Notes: generated by a model not told the origin, from the sequence alone. A stretch of 49,435 nucleotides of DNA from a virus (IMGVR_UViG_2526164669_000023:1-49435); one strand, 5' to 3'; positions 37,293-47,793 are shown, numbered from the stretch's first letter. Translations and numbers: made by a program.

Positions 37293-39367
37293 TGGCTGGT
37301 AACCAGATGCCAGTTCTGACGCTGGATGTTAATGAAGAACACCTCAGGCGGCTTGAGGCGATATTTGAAAAGTATCGCAACGGACTGATGATTGGCCCTG
37401 CCGGTACGCCGCTTAAAATACCTTCAAATACAGGTCCGGGAGGTGGCTCCTGGCAGACAACCACAGGCGGAGAAGCCAATCAGGCTCCCAGGAAACCATC
37501 TTCACCTGCGCCAGTTCCGACTGCGTCCACTGATGGACGTTTAAGGGATGAAAAAGGGCGCTTTGTTGGCAGCGGGAAAACACCTGATTCGCTGGTGAGC
37601 AACTATAAAGGTCGCGGCGAAACGATGTTTGATAAGTACCTCAGCGGACTGGGGAAAAACGCCAAACAGACGCTGAAAACTTACAAGCAGATCAATTCTA
37701 CGCTACGGACGACCACTTCGAGATTAAACAACCTGTTTAAAACCACCGTATCGTGGGGGACAAAACTTGCGGTTATGGGCGTTGCCGGGCCGTTTGGCTT
37801 TGGCATGATGGCTCGTAATGTTGTAGAGAAACAGAAAAATGCTGATGAATTGCAGGCAACGCCAGGAGAGTTAAAGGCGGCAGAAAGCACTTATTCGCCT
37901 TATTTTTCCGGTGTTGGTAATTTGCTCAATACACTGGCAGCCGCGCAAAATGACACTCAGCATCCTGCCTACAACGGGCTAATTGGATTAGGGATAAATC
38001 CTAAAAAAGGGGCAGCAGAAAATCTTCCTGTATTGTTAGAAAGAGTTGCTGCTCTTGCAAAGGAGTATGAGGGAACCGGACTTACTCAGAGCATGCTCAG
38101 GGGTCGTGGCCTTGGATGGGTAAATTTTGGTATTGCTAACCAGTTAGTCAAATATCAGGACAAAATACCTGAACTCAACAAAGAGTTTTTATCGCGAGCT
38201 TCTCAGAATGACTCGTTGCTCACCTCTGGACATACAAGCCAGTATCAGAATCTTACCAGCAACTTAGAAAATAACTGGGATCAACTTACCAGCGGATTTC
38301 AGGGGGCAATGTCGGGTAACTCTGTACAGCTAATTAGAATATCTAATGGTGTAAAGAATGCTGGTCTAAATTTCCTTAACGGTGAGAACTTTAAAAGAAT
38401 TTTGACTGATGTTGAAACAGGTCTGGATAAACTTGGTAAGTATGTAAATGGCCCGGATATTAATAACGACCTGAATAATTTTGCCGAAAATGTTGCAAAG
38501 GTTGTTAAGGCACTTAGCGGGTTTGTTGGTTTTGCGGTTGAACATCCCTGGCTTTTTGGGGCCGCAGTACTTGCTGGACCATCGAGAGTTGGTGCTGTGG
38601 CAGCCACAACGACCGGAGTTGCCGCCCGTGTTGTTGGTGGAAGTCTTCTTGGGGCTACAGCCGGAACAGTAGCTGGATTGGCTATTCCTACAAATGACAC
38701 ACCTACCACCAGTGAGGAAATGAAAGGGCTGGAGGGGCGTTTCAACTTTGATTATTTTAACGAAGTGCAGGAGTGGCAAAAAAACAATCCGGGTAAGGTC
38801 TGGCCTGGAGGATTGCAGGGATTTTCAAATCAAGTAAACAGATCTGCATATTTATCCAGAGGGATCAGGAATAACAATCCCGGAAATCTTAATTTCGCAG
38901 GACAAAAAGGGGCTACCCTGGAATCGGGGCCAAATGCCCGTTTTGCCAGCTTCCCGACGATGCTGGAAGGCATTGCTGCCTTAGATCGGCAGGTAATGCT
39001 ATACCTGAAACGCGGCAAAAATACGATTGATCAGATTATTGATATTTATGCCCCTTCATCTGATGGAAATAACACATCGTCCTATAAAAGCTATCTCTCT
39101 CAGTACACCGGATTAGGTGTTAAGGAGAAAATCGATGGTTCTAATTTTAAGATAATGAGAAAGCTAATTCAGGGCATTATTAACCATGAAAATGGGGACG
39201 CCGCTCGTGCAGTAAGTGGCGATGATGTGATGCGGGCGCTGGCAATGAACCGGGGAAACGTATATTCACCAAATAATACTTCTCAGGTAATCAGGCTCGA
39301 CGTTCAACAAAAACCAGGTTCCGACATACTGGCACAACTCGCCGGAATGCAACAAATACCGGGGTAA
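37289..39367 (+). CDS. Tail tape measure protein (putative)
   Basis: 692-aa ORF, largest tail gene, directly after the chaperone pair; Gly/Ala-rich hydrophobic segments. Confidence 0.55.
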   Translation: MMAGNQMPVLTLDVNEEHLRRLEAIFEKYRNGLMIGPAGTPLKIPSNTGPGGGSWQTTTGGEANQAPRKPSSPAPVPTASTDGRLRDEKGRFVGSGKTPDSLVSNYKGRGETMFDKYLSGLGKNAKQTLKTYKQINSTLRTTTSRLNNLFKTTVSWGTKLAVMGVAGPFGFGMMARNVVEKQKNADELQATPGELKAAESTYSPYFSGVGNLLNTLAAAQNDTQHPAYNGLIGLGINPKKGAAENLPVLLERVAALAKEYEGTGLTQSMLRGRGLGWVNFGIANQLVKYQDKIPELNKEFLSRASQNDSLLTSGHTSQYQNLTSNLENNWDQLTSGFQGAMSGNSVQLIRISNGVKNAGLNFLNGENFKRILTDVETGLDKLGKYVNGPDINNDLNNFAENVAKVVKALSGFVGFAVEHPWLFGAAVLAGPSRVGAVAATTTGVAARVVGGSLLGATAGTVAGLAIPTNDTPTTSEEMKGLEGRFNFDYFNEVQEWQKNNPGKVWPGGLQGFSNQVNRSAYLSRGIRNNNPGNLNFAGQKGATLESGPNARFASFPTMLEGIAALDRQVMLYLKRGKNTIDQIIDIYAPSSDGNNTSSYKSYLSQYTGLGVKEKIDGSNFKIMRKLIQGIINHENGDAARAVSGDDVMRALAMNRGNVYSPNNTSQVIRLDVQQKPGSDILAQLAGMQQIPG

Positions 39368-39370
39368 ACC

Positions 39371-40039
39371 ATGTCACTTAATTACTTTGGACAAGCTTTC
39401 AAACTGGCGTTTGAAGTATCGCCCATTCTTTTAGTTGATGGCATAGCGTCGAAAATTCCCGGCGGGGTGATGCCGATTGCTGTTTTGACCGAAGGCCTAA
39501 GCATTGTGAACGGTCTGCTGCATGGCGAGATTCGTACACGCTCGATGGCGGCATTTACCCCGATGGCGGGGACAACGTTGGTTCAGCAGGATATTTGCAA
39601 CCTGAATTTCTATAACCAGGTAACGGCAGCGAATGCGACCGTCAAGAAGCCTAACCGGGTAGTCATGCAGATGATCCGTCCGGCATCAACGGAGGACGGT
39701 GGCTACATCACTAAGGGGATGACATTCACGGCGCTGAAAATGGCGCTCGATATGCATAACCAGTATGGCGGTTGTTACACCGTAATGACGCCATCTTTCA
39801 TCTACACGCGCTGTCTGATGCGGTCGTTTATCGATACATCCGGTTTCTCTGAGCAGAACAAGCAGGTTCAGCACACCTGGCAGATTGAGTTTGAGCAACC
39901 ATTGTCGTCTGTCGAACAAACGGTAAAAACGCTGGCGAGCGTTCTGGATAAATTTGATAAAGGGATGCCGTCAGACGGGGCGCTATCGTGGTCAGGTATT
40001 AAGAACCAGGTCGTGCAGGAGTTTGGTTTTGGCTTATGA
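39371..40039 (+). CDS. Hypothetical tail protein
   Basis: 222-aa ORF after the tape measure. Confidence 0.45.
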   Translation: MSLNYFGQAFKLAFEVSPILLVDGIASKIPGGVMPIAVLTEGLSIVNGLLHGEIRTRSMAAFTPMAGTTLVQQDICNLNFYNQVTAANATVKKPNRVVMQMIRPASTEDGGYITKGMTFTALKMALDMHNQYGGCYTVMTPSFIYTRCLMRSFIDTSGFSEQNKQVQHTWQIEFEQPLSSVEQTVKTLASVLDKFDKGMPSDGALSWSGIKNQVVQEFGFGL

Positions 40040-40302
40040 CAACGTTAATTCCTTTCAAACCTGACGGGCGAGGACCATTTCAGTTCACGGCCAGAATCGG
40101 AGAATATGAAACATTCGCCCGCGTTCCGTTTAATCTGTATGCAAATCGTTACTACCTGGAACTGAAAGACAGTTCAGGCGACGTGATTGTATACATGCCT
40201 TTGATCGCGTCACCTGACAGTTACGACATCAATCTGGCGCTGCCTTGCTCACCGGGGAAACTTGTTTTTCGCAAAAGTACGAATCAGTTTGAGGTTTCGT
40301 AA
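40036..40302 (+). CDS. Hypothetical small tail protein
   Basis: 88-aa ORF, overlapping start/stop with neighbours. Confidence 0.4.
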   Translation: MTTLIPFKPDGRGPFQFTARIGEYETFARVPFNLYANRYYLELKDSSGDVIVYMPLIASPDSYDINLALPCSPGKLVFRKSTNQFEVS

Positions 40303-41309
40303 TGCGTTATTACCGACTGGAAATTATTAATCCTAAAACAGGCAAGCCGCCAGTGGATAGCAATGGAAAACCCATTGGACCTTTTGATACCAATGAAACA
40401 CCAGGATGTGGGTTGCATGTTGAATTTGACTTTGAAGTAACCGGCCTGGATGTAGTCTGTTCGGGTACGATGCTGACGATCTATGGATTACCAATTGACA
40501 TGCTGAAGCAAAGCGTAAGTTTGCAGGGTTGTCTGGTACGTATGAAAGCAGGCTTTGTTCAGGGGTTACCACTGGCAAATAAGGATCAACAGGGGGAGGT
40601 AATCTATGGTGAAATTTATCTGGCCTATGCCAACTGGATCGGCACGAACCAGACTTTAAACCTGGTAATAAATCCAAGCATACGCAAAACCGATGACGGT
40701 AAACCTTTTTCAATTGAGGGGCAGGGGGAAGCAGGGGAAAGGGTGGGCGATGTTTTAGTCCGCGCTTTGCAAAAAGCATATCCCAATAAACTTATTGATT
40801 GCACAGTCAGCGACAACCTGGTTTTGCCAGAGCCGTGGACGGGCAAATATACGGAGATTGGTTCGCTGGCTATGGTCGTAAAAAACGCCTCTATTGCGAT
40901 GATGCGTAATGAAAGGTATAGCGGAATCGCCATCAGTATTCTTTCCGACAGAATACGAATCTACGATAACGCATCGGCAAAGTGGGGTGAGCCAAAAACA
41001 ATTCATGCCCATGAACTGGTCGGGCAGCCGACATGGATAGCGCCGTTTACCGTCAGTTTCAAATGCCCTATGAGAGGCGATATCAGATGTGGTGATGTGG
41101 TTAAACTGCCGGAGGGGCTATATTCTGGCGCTGCGTCGATTGTGATGGCTAATACAACGGTACCCAGCGTTATCGCAAAAAATTCGACCACGTTCACCGG
41201 GAAATTTCTTGTGAAATCAGTCAGACACATTGGTTCGTATCTGACAGCCGATGGCGATGCCTGGGTGACGGTATTTGAGGCATATGCTGAGAACTGGGCG
41301 AGGGTGTAA
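40302..41309 (+). CDS. Hypothetical tail/baseplate hub protein
   Basis: 335-aa ORF upstream of the spike-like gene. Confidence 0.45.
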   Translation: MRYYRLEIINPKTGKPPVDSNGKPIGPFDTNETPGCGLHVEFDFEVTGLDVVCSGTMLTIYGLPIDMLKQSVSLQGCLVRMKAGFVQGLPLANKDQQGEVIYGEIYLAYANWIGTNQTLNLVINPSIRKTDDGKPFSIEGQGEAGERVGDVLVRALQKAYPNKLIDCTVSDNLVLPEPWTGKYTEIGSLAMVVKNASIAMMRNERYSGIAISILSDRIRIYDNASAKWGEPKTIHAHELVGQPTWIAPFTVSFKCPMRGDIRCGDVVKLPEGLYSGAASIVMANTTVPSVIAKNSTTFTGKFLVKSVRHIGSYLTADGDAWVTVFEAYAENWARV

Positions 41310-42022
41310 TGTCAAACGCTCAAAAATTACCGTTTCTCCGAACACTGTCGGAGATGATGACCAGTTCTGGTAACCAGCAAGCCGAGCTTAAAGGCCGCGA
41401 ATTGCCCTGCCATGTTGTCGATATCTGCGGGCAAATAGTGACAGTTCAGTTTGATATGCTGCCGGAGGGGATCAACTTCCCGCAGATAACAATCCCTGTC
41501 GCCACATTCCCGTATATCCGTTACCCGATACAGCCGGGCGATCGAGGAGTAACAATTGCCGCTGATGTATCACTGCGCGGTGTGTCCGGATTGGGAACCG
41601 GTATGGCAACGCTTTCTTACTCGATGTCGCTCACTCCCCTGTTTTTCGTGCCACTGGCAAACAAGGAGTGGTCCGACGAAGATCCGCAAAAAATCGTTTT
41701 GTACGGTCCGGATGGCGCGATCCTCAAAACAGAGGACGGCAGTAGCTCGGTAATGGTGGCTCTGGAAGAAATCAGGCAAAAGTCGAAAGCTGTTTACCTC
41801 GAGGCCGAAGATATTTTCCTGAACGGGAAAATTCACCTCAACGGACCGATCGTCCAGGACAAAGCCCAGATGAAGGATACAACCGCTTCGCTGATTGGTC
41901 CTCTTAATGTCGAGATGGATGCAGTTATCAACGGCGTGAGCGTCAGCGGCCACAGCCACGATGTGACTGGTGTTCAAAGCGGCAGCAGCACGATTACGTC
42001 GAAGAAACCAAATCCTGGTTAA
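41309..42022 (+). CDS. Baseplate spike protein (gpV-like, putative)
   Basis: 237-aa ORF; position before W/J/I-like genes; followed by a terminator. Confidence 0.45.
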   Translation: MSNAQKLPFLRTLSEMMTSSGNQQAELKGRELPCHVVDICGQIVTVQFDMLPEGINFPQITIPVATFPYIRYPIQPGDRGVTIAADVSLRGVSGLGTGMATLSYSMSLTPLFFVPLANKEWSDEDPQKIVLYGPDGAILKTEDGSSSVMVALEEIRQKSKAVYLEAEDIFLNGKIHLNGPIVQDKAQMKDTTASLIGPLNVEMDAVINGVSVSGHSHDVTGVQSGSSTITSKKPNPG

Positions 42023-42064
42023 TACCGGTTCATTTCACTTTAAATTCTAACCATAAAACGAAAA

Positions 42065-42095
42065 CCCCGACTGTTGGCCCAGTCGGGGTTTTCTG
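42065..42095 (+). terminator. Intrinsic terminator inside the baseplate gene cluster
   Basis: Perfect 9-bp stem CCCCGACTG / CAGTCGGGG with 6-nt loop followed by TTTTCTGTTTCT. Confidence 0.65.
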
Positions 42096-42104
42096 TTTCT
42101 CACC

Positions 42105-42308
42105 TTGAATACGCAAGGGATGATTACGTATGTTTGGAGGTCTTCCGTGATTAATTTTAGCGGAGGAGACTGGATTGTGAAAGCCTTAAAATTAGTGGCA
42201 AAAAGCAATACCTTACGACGCATGTATTACACCGCTGCACTCGTAGCTTTAGCATTTGCCTTTTCACCAGTACTGACAGAGTTAGTTAAAGTGATGGGGG
42301 CACGATGA
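42105..42308 (+). CDS. Small hypothetical protein (67 aa)
   Basis: ORF with one hydrophobic segment (YYTAALVALAFAFSPVL); stop overlaps the next start (ATGA). Confidence 0.35.
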   Translation: MNTQGMITYVWRSSVINFSGGDWIVKALKLVAKSNTLRRMYYTAALVALAFAFSPVLTELVKVMGAR

Positions 42309-42652
42309 GAACATGGGGCCGCGTCACCGACGCGAACGGCAACAAAAAATGGGTTACAGTAGAATCTGACGCCAACGGTGATTTCTCCTATGGCTGGCTG
42401 ACGACGCTCATTCAGACGTTAAAGCTGGGATTGGGGGAGTCGCCGTTTTACGCGAATTACGGTATTCCTGCACAGCAGTGCATCGTGCAGCAGATTTACC
42501 CAGACTACTATGTGAACATGGTTCAGCAACAGTTTGCTGGGTATTTTGCATCACTGGCAATTTCAAAGGTAGATGGAGCAGATAACCCCACCTATAACAT
42601 CGATGTTGTGTTTTTTAATGGGACCAGTTACCGGACGCAGGTGCCGGTATGA
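42305..42652 (+). CDS. Baseplate protein (gpW/gp25-like, putative)
   Basis: 115-aa ORF, size and position as for gpW-type baseplate wedge proteins. Confidence 0.4.
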   Translation: MRTWGRVTDANGNKKWVTVESDANGDFSYGWLTTLIQTLKLGLGESPFYANYGIPAQQCIVQQIYPDYYVNMVQQQFAGYFASLAISKVDGADNPTYNIDVVFFNGTSYRTQVPV

Positions 42653-42802
42653 ATCACAGTTTTATGATAAAACTTTTACCTTGGTTTGGAGTGCTGTAGA
42701 GAGATATTTTAGGGGGGGCGAGTAATTTTCTAAGCTGGAGCATATTGACATATATTATTTCGGATTTGCAAAATACATATTGTTACCATGGAGGAGACAA
42801 GC

Positions 42803-43963
42803 ATGGAAAATTTTGCAAATAAGTTAAAAATACACACAGAGCATGTTGCAAAAATGGGGGTGTTTTGTACAACTGAAGAAACGACAAAACAAGCACTCAT
42901 TATGCCATTACTAGATATTCTTGGTTTTACTCCGTATGATCCAAGAAAAGTCAAAGCTGAGTATAGTGCTGACTTCCCCGGGGTTAAGGCTAATGAACGG
43001 GTTGATTACGCTTTATTTTGTCATGATGTTCCTGTGATGTTCATTGAGGCGAAATCGTTTTCAGAACAAATTGATAATCACTGCCCACAGCTATCAAGAT
43101 ATTTTAATTCAACACCGGAAGTTACTATATCAGCCATTACAAATGGTGTTGAATGGCGTTTTTTTACGGATTTGAAACAAAAAAACATAATGGATTCAAC
43201 GCCGTTTTTAAAAATAAGAATGGATTCTCTAACTCACTCCGATATTACACAATTATTTCGTTTTCGTTATGATAAATTCAAACCAGAGGCTTTACGGACA
43301 CTGGCTGAAGAAAGTGTTTATTTGAATTCATTTACTAAAACAATCAGTTCTAGTCTTCGTGAAGTTGATCTGGAGTTTGTTCGATATGTTGCTAGTCGTT
43401 CAAATATTGAGAGACAACTTAATCAGAGATTTCTTGAGTTCGTGACTCCATTAGTTAAACAGGCCGTTGAGCGCGCTGTTAGCGCAATGGTGGTTTCCGG
43501 GCTATCTACACAACCGGTAGAGCAAACTAAAGAAAATGATGCAACGGATACACAAGTTAATAACGCCATTGTTGATGAAGAAAACCCCAACATAATAACC
43601 ACAGCCAAAGAATTGGAGCTATTTGAAAGGGTAAAACAAATCATACAAACAGAAGATAATATAGAATATAAAGATACTGAGTCATATTTTGGTGTACTAT
43701 TGAATGGTAAAACTAATAGATGGCTGTTAAGATTTTATGATAAAAAATCTTCATTTATAACTTTACCTATTTCGCTTAGTGAAGTTCAGTTGAATGAAAT
43801 AAGACGAGCTCGACTTGATACGGATGGTAAAAGGATACATATAACTAATCCGGAAGATATACTTCGCATATCTGGTTTGATTCTGGATTCATACGAGTAT
43901 GTTAAAAATGATGATAATTTCCGCCGAGGGTCCAGAGCGAGCAGTTTAGAAGAGGTTGAATAA
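42803..43963 (+). CDS. PD-(D/E)xK nuclease-fold protein, HsdR N-terminal-like domain (moron; candidate defense gene)
   Basis: About 386-aa ORF; motif ERVDYALFCHDVPVMFIEAKSF (D...E-A-K); AT-rich, own RBS GGAGGAG, promoter-like AT-rich upstream region with TTGACA at about 42745, own terminator. Confidence 0.65.
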   Translation: MENFANKLKIHTEHVAKMGVFCTTEETTKQALIMPLLDILGFTPYDPRKVKAEYSADFPGVKANERVDYALFCHDVPVMFIEAKSFSEQIDNHCPQLSRYFNSTPEVTISAITNGVEWRFFTDLKQKNIMDSTPFLKIRMDSLTHSDITQLFRFRYDKFKPEALRTLAEESVYLNSFTKTISSSLREVDLEFVRYVASRSNIERQLNQRFLEFVTPLVKQAVERAVSAMVVSGLSTQPVEQTKENDATDTQVNNAIVDEENPNIITTAKELELFERVKQIIQTEDNIEYKDTESYFGVLLNGKTNRWLLRFYDKKSSFITLPISLSEVQLNEIRRARLDTDGKRIHITNPEDILRISGLILDSYEYVKNDDNFRRGSRASSLEEVE

Positions 43964-43965
43964 GT

Positions 43966-43992
43966 AAAAAACCCGCGAAAGCGGGTTTTTTA
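43966..43992 (+). terminator. Intrinsic terminator after the nuclease moron
   Basis: CCCGC-GAAA-GCGGG hairpin followed by TTTTTT. Confidence 0.75.
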
Positions 43993-44003
43993 ATGGAGTA
44001 AAT

Positions 44004-45230
44004 ATGTCAGAAATACCAATTACTATGACCAGTGCGGGGGCGCAGCCTACGCCACCCAATGATTTGCTTGCAAATCTTATCATCAGAGTTGCTGAAAAAG
44101 TACCTGGATATACAGCCAACCTTCCGGCGGGGCTTATTACTGACCTTGCCAGCACGGCAGTCGGGGCGCTGGCATTAATAGACCAGGCGCGGGTGGACCT
44201 TATTAACTCCGTAAGCCCATACGGCGCAAATATTCCGTTACTGATGCAACTCGGAAACATTTATGGAGCACAGAAGGGATTAAGTACAAATACGGCGGTA
44301 TACGTGGTGTTTGAGGCGTTGCCGGGGTTTGGTATCCCTAAAGGATTTGTTGTCGGTGACGGCAACTACCAGTATGCAGTTTCCCGCGATACGGTGGTGC
44401 CGGAAAGCGGGCAGACTGAGCCAGTCTACTGTGTGGCCACAACGTCAGGCTCATGGGCTGTACCGGAAGGAACCGTAACGCAGGTCATTACATCGGTACC
44501 CAAAGATCAGCCTGTAAAATGCACGAACCTTACCGCAGGGATGCCAGGTCAGGAGGCGCAAACGTGGGCATCTTACCGCGCCGAAGTCATGGAGTCCGGC
44601 ATGTTTGGTGTGCAGGGAACACCGGATTGCTTTAAAGCGATGCTCAAATCAGTAAGCGGTGTGCGAGAAAACCTGATTTCTTTCCGGCAGTCGTCGCTGG
44701 GGAAATGGGTTGCGGTTGTTGGTGGCGGTGATCCGTATGATGTGGCTTATGCTATTTACAAATCTGTACCGGATATTTCGAAACTGACCAACGATGTTAG
44801 CAATCCATCTGGTGCGGCAGTGGAAAAACGCACGGTTTCAATAACCGTTTCGCCAGATGTTTATCAGGTACCGTTCGTTATCCCGTCATCACAAAACGTC
44901 ATGGTGCTAATCACCTGGAACACTGTATCTGATGATTATGTTGATCCGGCGGGTATTGCTATGGCTGTGCAGCAAAACGTTGCTGATTACATCAATTCTA
45001 TTGAAGTCGGACACCCGATAAATCTGCTGCGAATCCAGGATATTTTTACCAGTTCCGTCAGATTGTTGGTTGATGCGACGTTGATCTCAACAATCAGTGT
45101 GAGCATTGGCATTAATGGCCATATTGTTCCTCCGGCAAAAGACACAAGCCTGGTTTATGGCGATACCTATTCCTATTTTTCGACGGTGGTATCACAGGTT
45201 CAAGTTAACAAGTATGCAATATCTGACTGA
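44004..45230 (+). CDS. Baseplate J-like protein (putative)
   Basis: 408-aa ORF; position after W-like and before I-like/tail-fiber genes. Confidence 0.5.
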   Translation: MSEIPITMTSAGAQPTPPNDLLANLIIRVAEKVPGYTANLPAGLITDLASTAVGALALIDQARVDLINSVSPYGANIPLLMQLGNIYGAQKGLSTNTAVYVVFEALPGFGIPKGFVVGDGNYQYAVSRDTVVPESGQTEPVYCVATTSGSWAVPEGTVTQVITSVPKDQPVKCTNLTAGMPGQEAQTWASYRAEVMESGMFGVQGTPDCFKAMLKSVSGVRENLISFRQSSLGKWVAVVGGGDPYDVAYAIYKSVPDISKLTNDVSNPSGAAVEKRTVSITVSPDVYQVPFVIPSSQNVMVLITWNTVSDDYVDPAGIAMAVQQNVADYINSIEVGHPINLLRIQDIFTSSVRLLVDATLISTISVSIGINGHIVPPAKDTSLVYGDTYSYFSTVVSQVQVNKYAISD

Positions 45231-45840
45231 AAAAATTCTCCCTGCTTATCCGTTTGTGCAGTACAGAGATGATCCGAATGTTGTTGCGTTCTTTGATGCA
45301 TACAATGAAATTGCTCAGGAATACCTCGATTCACTCAACAATCTGGCATTGCCATGCTGGACATCGGAATCAATAACCGGGCAATTGCTGGACTGGATTG
45401 CTCTCGGGATTTATGGCGTTGAAAGGCCTTTACTACAGGTTTCCGAGGAGGCTATTGCACGCGGCGCATACGATACCATTGAATACAATACAATCCCTTA
45501 TGCGGCAATGCGGAATTATGTTCCGGGGCAGGCATCGTATGTTCCGGATGATTATTTCAAGCGAATATTAACTTGGAATTTTTATAAGGCTGACGGTTCG
45601 CATTTCTGCATTGACTGGTTAAAGCGCCGTGTGGCACGGTTCATTCATGGGAAAAACGGAATAGACCCGCCGTTGCAGCACACTTTTGATGTGAGCGTGA
45701 CTGTATCGGACAGTGTTTTTTCTATTCAGATACCAGAATATGGTGATGGTATAGGCTATTTTCTGAAAGATGCCATTGACCAGAAATATGTAAAACTCCC
45801 TTTTATTTATTCCTATGCAACAACGGTGATTCAAAAATGA
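45214..45840 (+). CDS. Baseplate/tail protein (gpI-like, putative)
   Basis: About 208 aa from MQYLTEKILPAYPFV; overlaps the J-like gene end; precedes the tail fiber gene. Confidence 0.45.
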   Translation: MQYLTEKILPAYPFVQYRDDPNVVAFFDAYNEIAQEYLDSLNNLALPCWTSESITGQLLDWIALGIYGVERPLLQVSEEAIARGAYDTIEYNTIPYAAMRNYVPGQASYVPDDYFKRILTWNFYKADGSHFCIDWLKRRVARFIHGKNGIDPPLQHTFDVSVTVSDSVFSIQIPEYGDGIGYFLKDAIDQKYVKLPFIYSYATTVIQK

Positions 45841-47222
45841 TTCTTGGATTCGGAAATAACGTTGTTTCAGCACTGGCTGGTGATATTACGACGATTCAGA
45901 CTGATATTCCGGTGATGCCGGGCACGGGAGCTAAATTTGCAAAATTGCTTTCTGCCGATTTTGAAAATAAATCGAACGGGCAACGCGTCTATGCAAAAAT
46001 TACGCTTACCGATAATAAAGAGTCTGCATTTGAGATTTGTCATTTGGTATCGGTAAGCGGTGATGTGTTGAAAGTCATTCGTGGGCAGGAAGGAACAACC
46101 GCGAAAGGTTGGTCCCTTAATGATGTTGTGGCTAACTTTGCCACGCGTGGTTCGGAAAACTATTTCGTACAGATAGCGCAGCTTCAGAGCGGTCATTATA
46201 TTGCGGGTGTTGCTGGCGGCACTGCAAACGCACTGACGCTGGAACTTCCCTCGACGTTTTTTGTTAATGGAGGTACAGATTGGACGCTACGAACTCCGAT
46301 TATCGTTTTCCCCGTTCAGAACAATACCAACGCCGCGACGCTTCAATTAACACTAGGCGGAAAGGTTCTTGGTTCGTTCCCACTTTATAAGGGGAACAAG
46401 TCCGAGCTGGTAGCGAATGATATCATTAAGGGTATTCCTTTGATTTGCCTTCTTGATAGCGAGAAAAGCTATTTCAGTGTGATAAACCCCGGCAATATCT
46501 ATTCAGATTTTGATCTGCGATATGTAAAAAAATCTGGTGATTTGATGACCGGGGAGCTGAAAATCCGTGGTGTTAATGCGCTGAGGATTTTCAACGAAGC
46601 CTTTGGTCTGATTTTTCGTCGTTCGGAAGAGTGCCTGCATCTCATTCCTACCAGGGAAAATCAGGGCGAAAACGGCGATATTGGTCCACTTCGCCCGTTC
46701 ACTATTAATCTGCGGACGGGCGAAATATCCATGTCGCATAAAGTGTCTGTTGGCGGTGGTTCGCAGGTCAATGGTGCGCTGGGTATCGGCGTTCAGAACG
46801 CGCTGGGCGGAAACTCAATTGCTTTCGGGGATAACGATACGGGTATAAAGCAGAATGGCGACGGCCTGCTGGATATTTATGCCAATGGCCAGCATATATT
46901 CCGTTTTCAGAACGGGACGCTACAAAGCAACAGGGCCATGAACATTTCTGGTAGGGTAACACCGTCAGACTACGGAAACTTTGATGCAAGGTATAAGCAG
47001 CGAACAGAGGGAGTGCAGGATGTGCGCTATGGTTCCGAAATGTATTACAACCCTGGCAGCAATGTAATCTCCTGGACATATCACGCTCCTGCGGGACACG
47101 GATTGTCAGGGATATCGATATCGGATACTGGTAAAAATTCAGCGGATAACGTCAACGGCGTGTATTACCGACCGCTTCAGAAACTGATTAACGGCACCTG
47201 GTATAACGTGGCGAGTGTTTAA
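45837..47222 (+). CDS. Tail fiber protein
   Basis: 461-aa ORF directly upstream of a Tfa-type chaperone; Gly-rich C-terminal half. Confidence 0.55.
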   Translation: MILGFGNNVVSALAGDITTIQTDIPVMPGTGAKFAKLLSADFENKSNGQRVYAKITLTDNKESAFEICHLVSVSGDVLKVIRGQEGTTAKGWSLNDVVANFATRGSENYFVQIAQLQSGHYIAGVAGGTANALTLELPSTFFVNGGTDWTLRTPIIVFPVQNNTNAATLQLTLGGKVLGSFPLYKGNKSELVANDIIKGIPLICLLDSEKSYFSVINPGNIYSDFDLRYVKKSGDLMTGELKIRGVNALRIFNEAFGLIFRRSEECLHLIPTRENQGENGDIGPLRPFTINLRTGEISMSHKVSVGGGSQVNGALGIGVQNALGGNSIAFGDNDTGIKQNGDGLLDIYANGQHIFRFQNGTLQSNRAMNISGRVTPSDYGNFDARYKQRTEGVQDVRYGSEMYYNPGSNVISWTYHAPAGHGLSGISISDTGKNSADNVNGVYYRPLQKLINGTWYNVASV

Positions 47223-47224
47223 CA

Positions 47225-47770
47225 ATGTTGCATTTAAAAAATATTACTGCAGGCAATCCGAAAACCGCAGAACAATATCAGATGACAAAACAACATGGTA
47301 TCACCTGGCTTTTTTCGGAAGATGACAAAAACTGGTATGAAGAGCTGAAAAATTTTGCCAGTGACACCATAAAAATGGTTTACACCGGAGACGGGCGCGT
47401 GGTTTGGGTTGGTAAGGATGTGACAGGCATTGAACCCCGTAACGCCAGTGTTATTGAAGTTCCTGATATTACCGCTAACCGCCGTATTACCGTGCCTGGT
47501 TACTGGTTTTACCGCGACGATAAATTTGTCTTCGACTACAAACTTAAAGCGGAAGATGAGCGCGATGCCCTGTTACAACGGGTCAGCATCATGACCAGCG
47601 AATGGGAAAAAGACCTGCTGCTGGGATTAATCAGTGACGACGACAGGGAGAAGCTGAAAGCGTACCGCATTTACGCGAAATCGCTGCAGGCGATGGATTT
47701 CAGCACCATCACTGATAAAACCTCATATAACGCCATTGAATGGCCCGTCTCTCTGGAAGCCTCTTCCTGA
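47225..47770 (+). CDS. Tail fiber assembly protein (Tfa-like chaperone)
   Basis: 181-aa ORF; C-terminal region YRIYAKSLQAMDFSTITDKTSYNAIEWPV resembles the conserved ...DIEWP... C-terminus I recall for lambda-type Tfa proteins. Confidence 0.6.
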   Translation: MLHLKNITAGNPKTAEQYQMTKQHGITWLFSEDDKNWYEELKNFASDTIKMVYTGDGRVVWVGKDVTGIEPRNASVIEVPDITANRRITVPGYWFYRDDKFVFDYKLKAEDERDALLQRVSIMTSEWEKDLLLGLISDDDREKLKAYRIYAKSLQAMDFSTITDKTSYNAIEWPVSLEASS

Positions 47771-47793
47771 TTTAATTTATCGCGAGAAAAACT

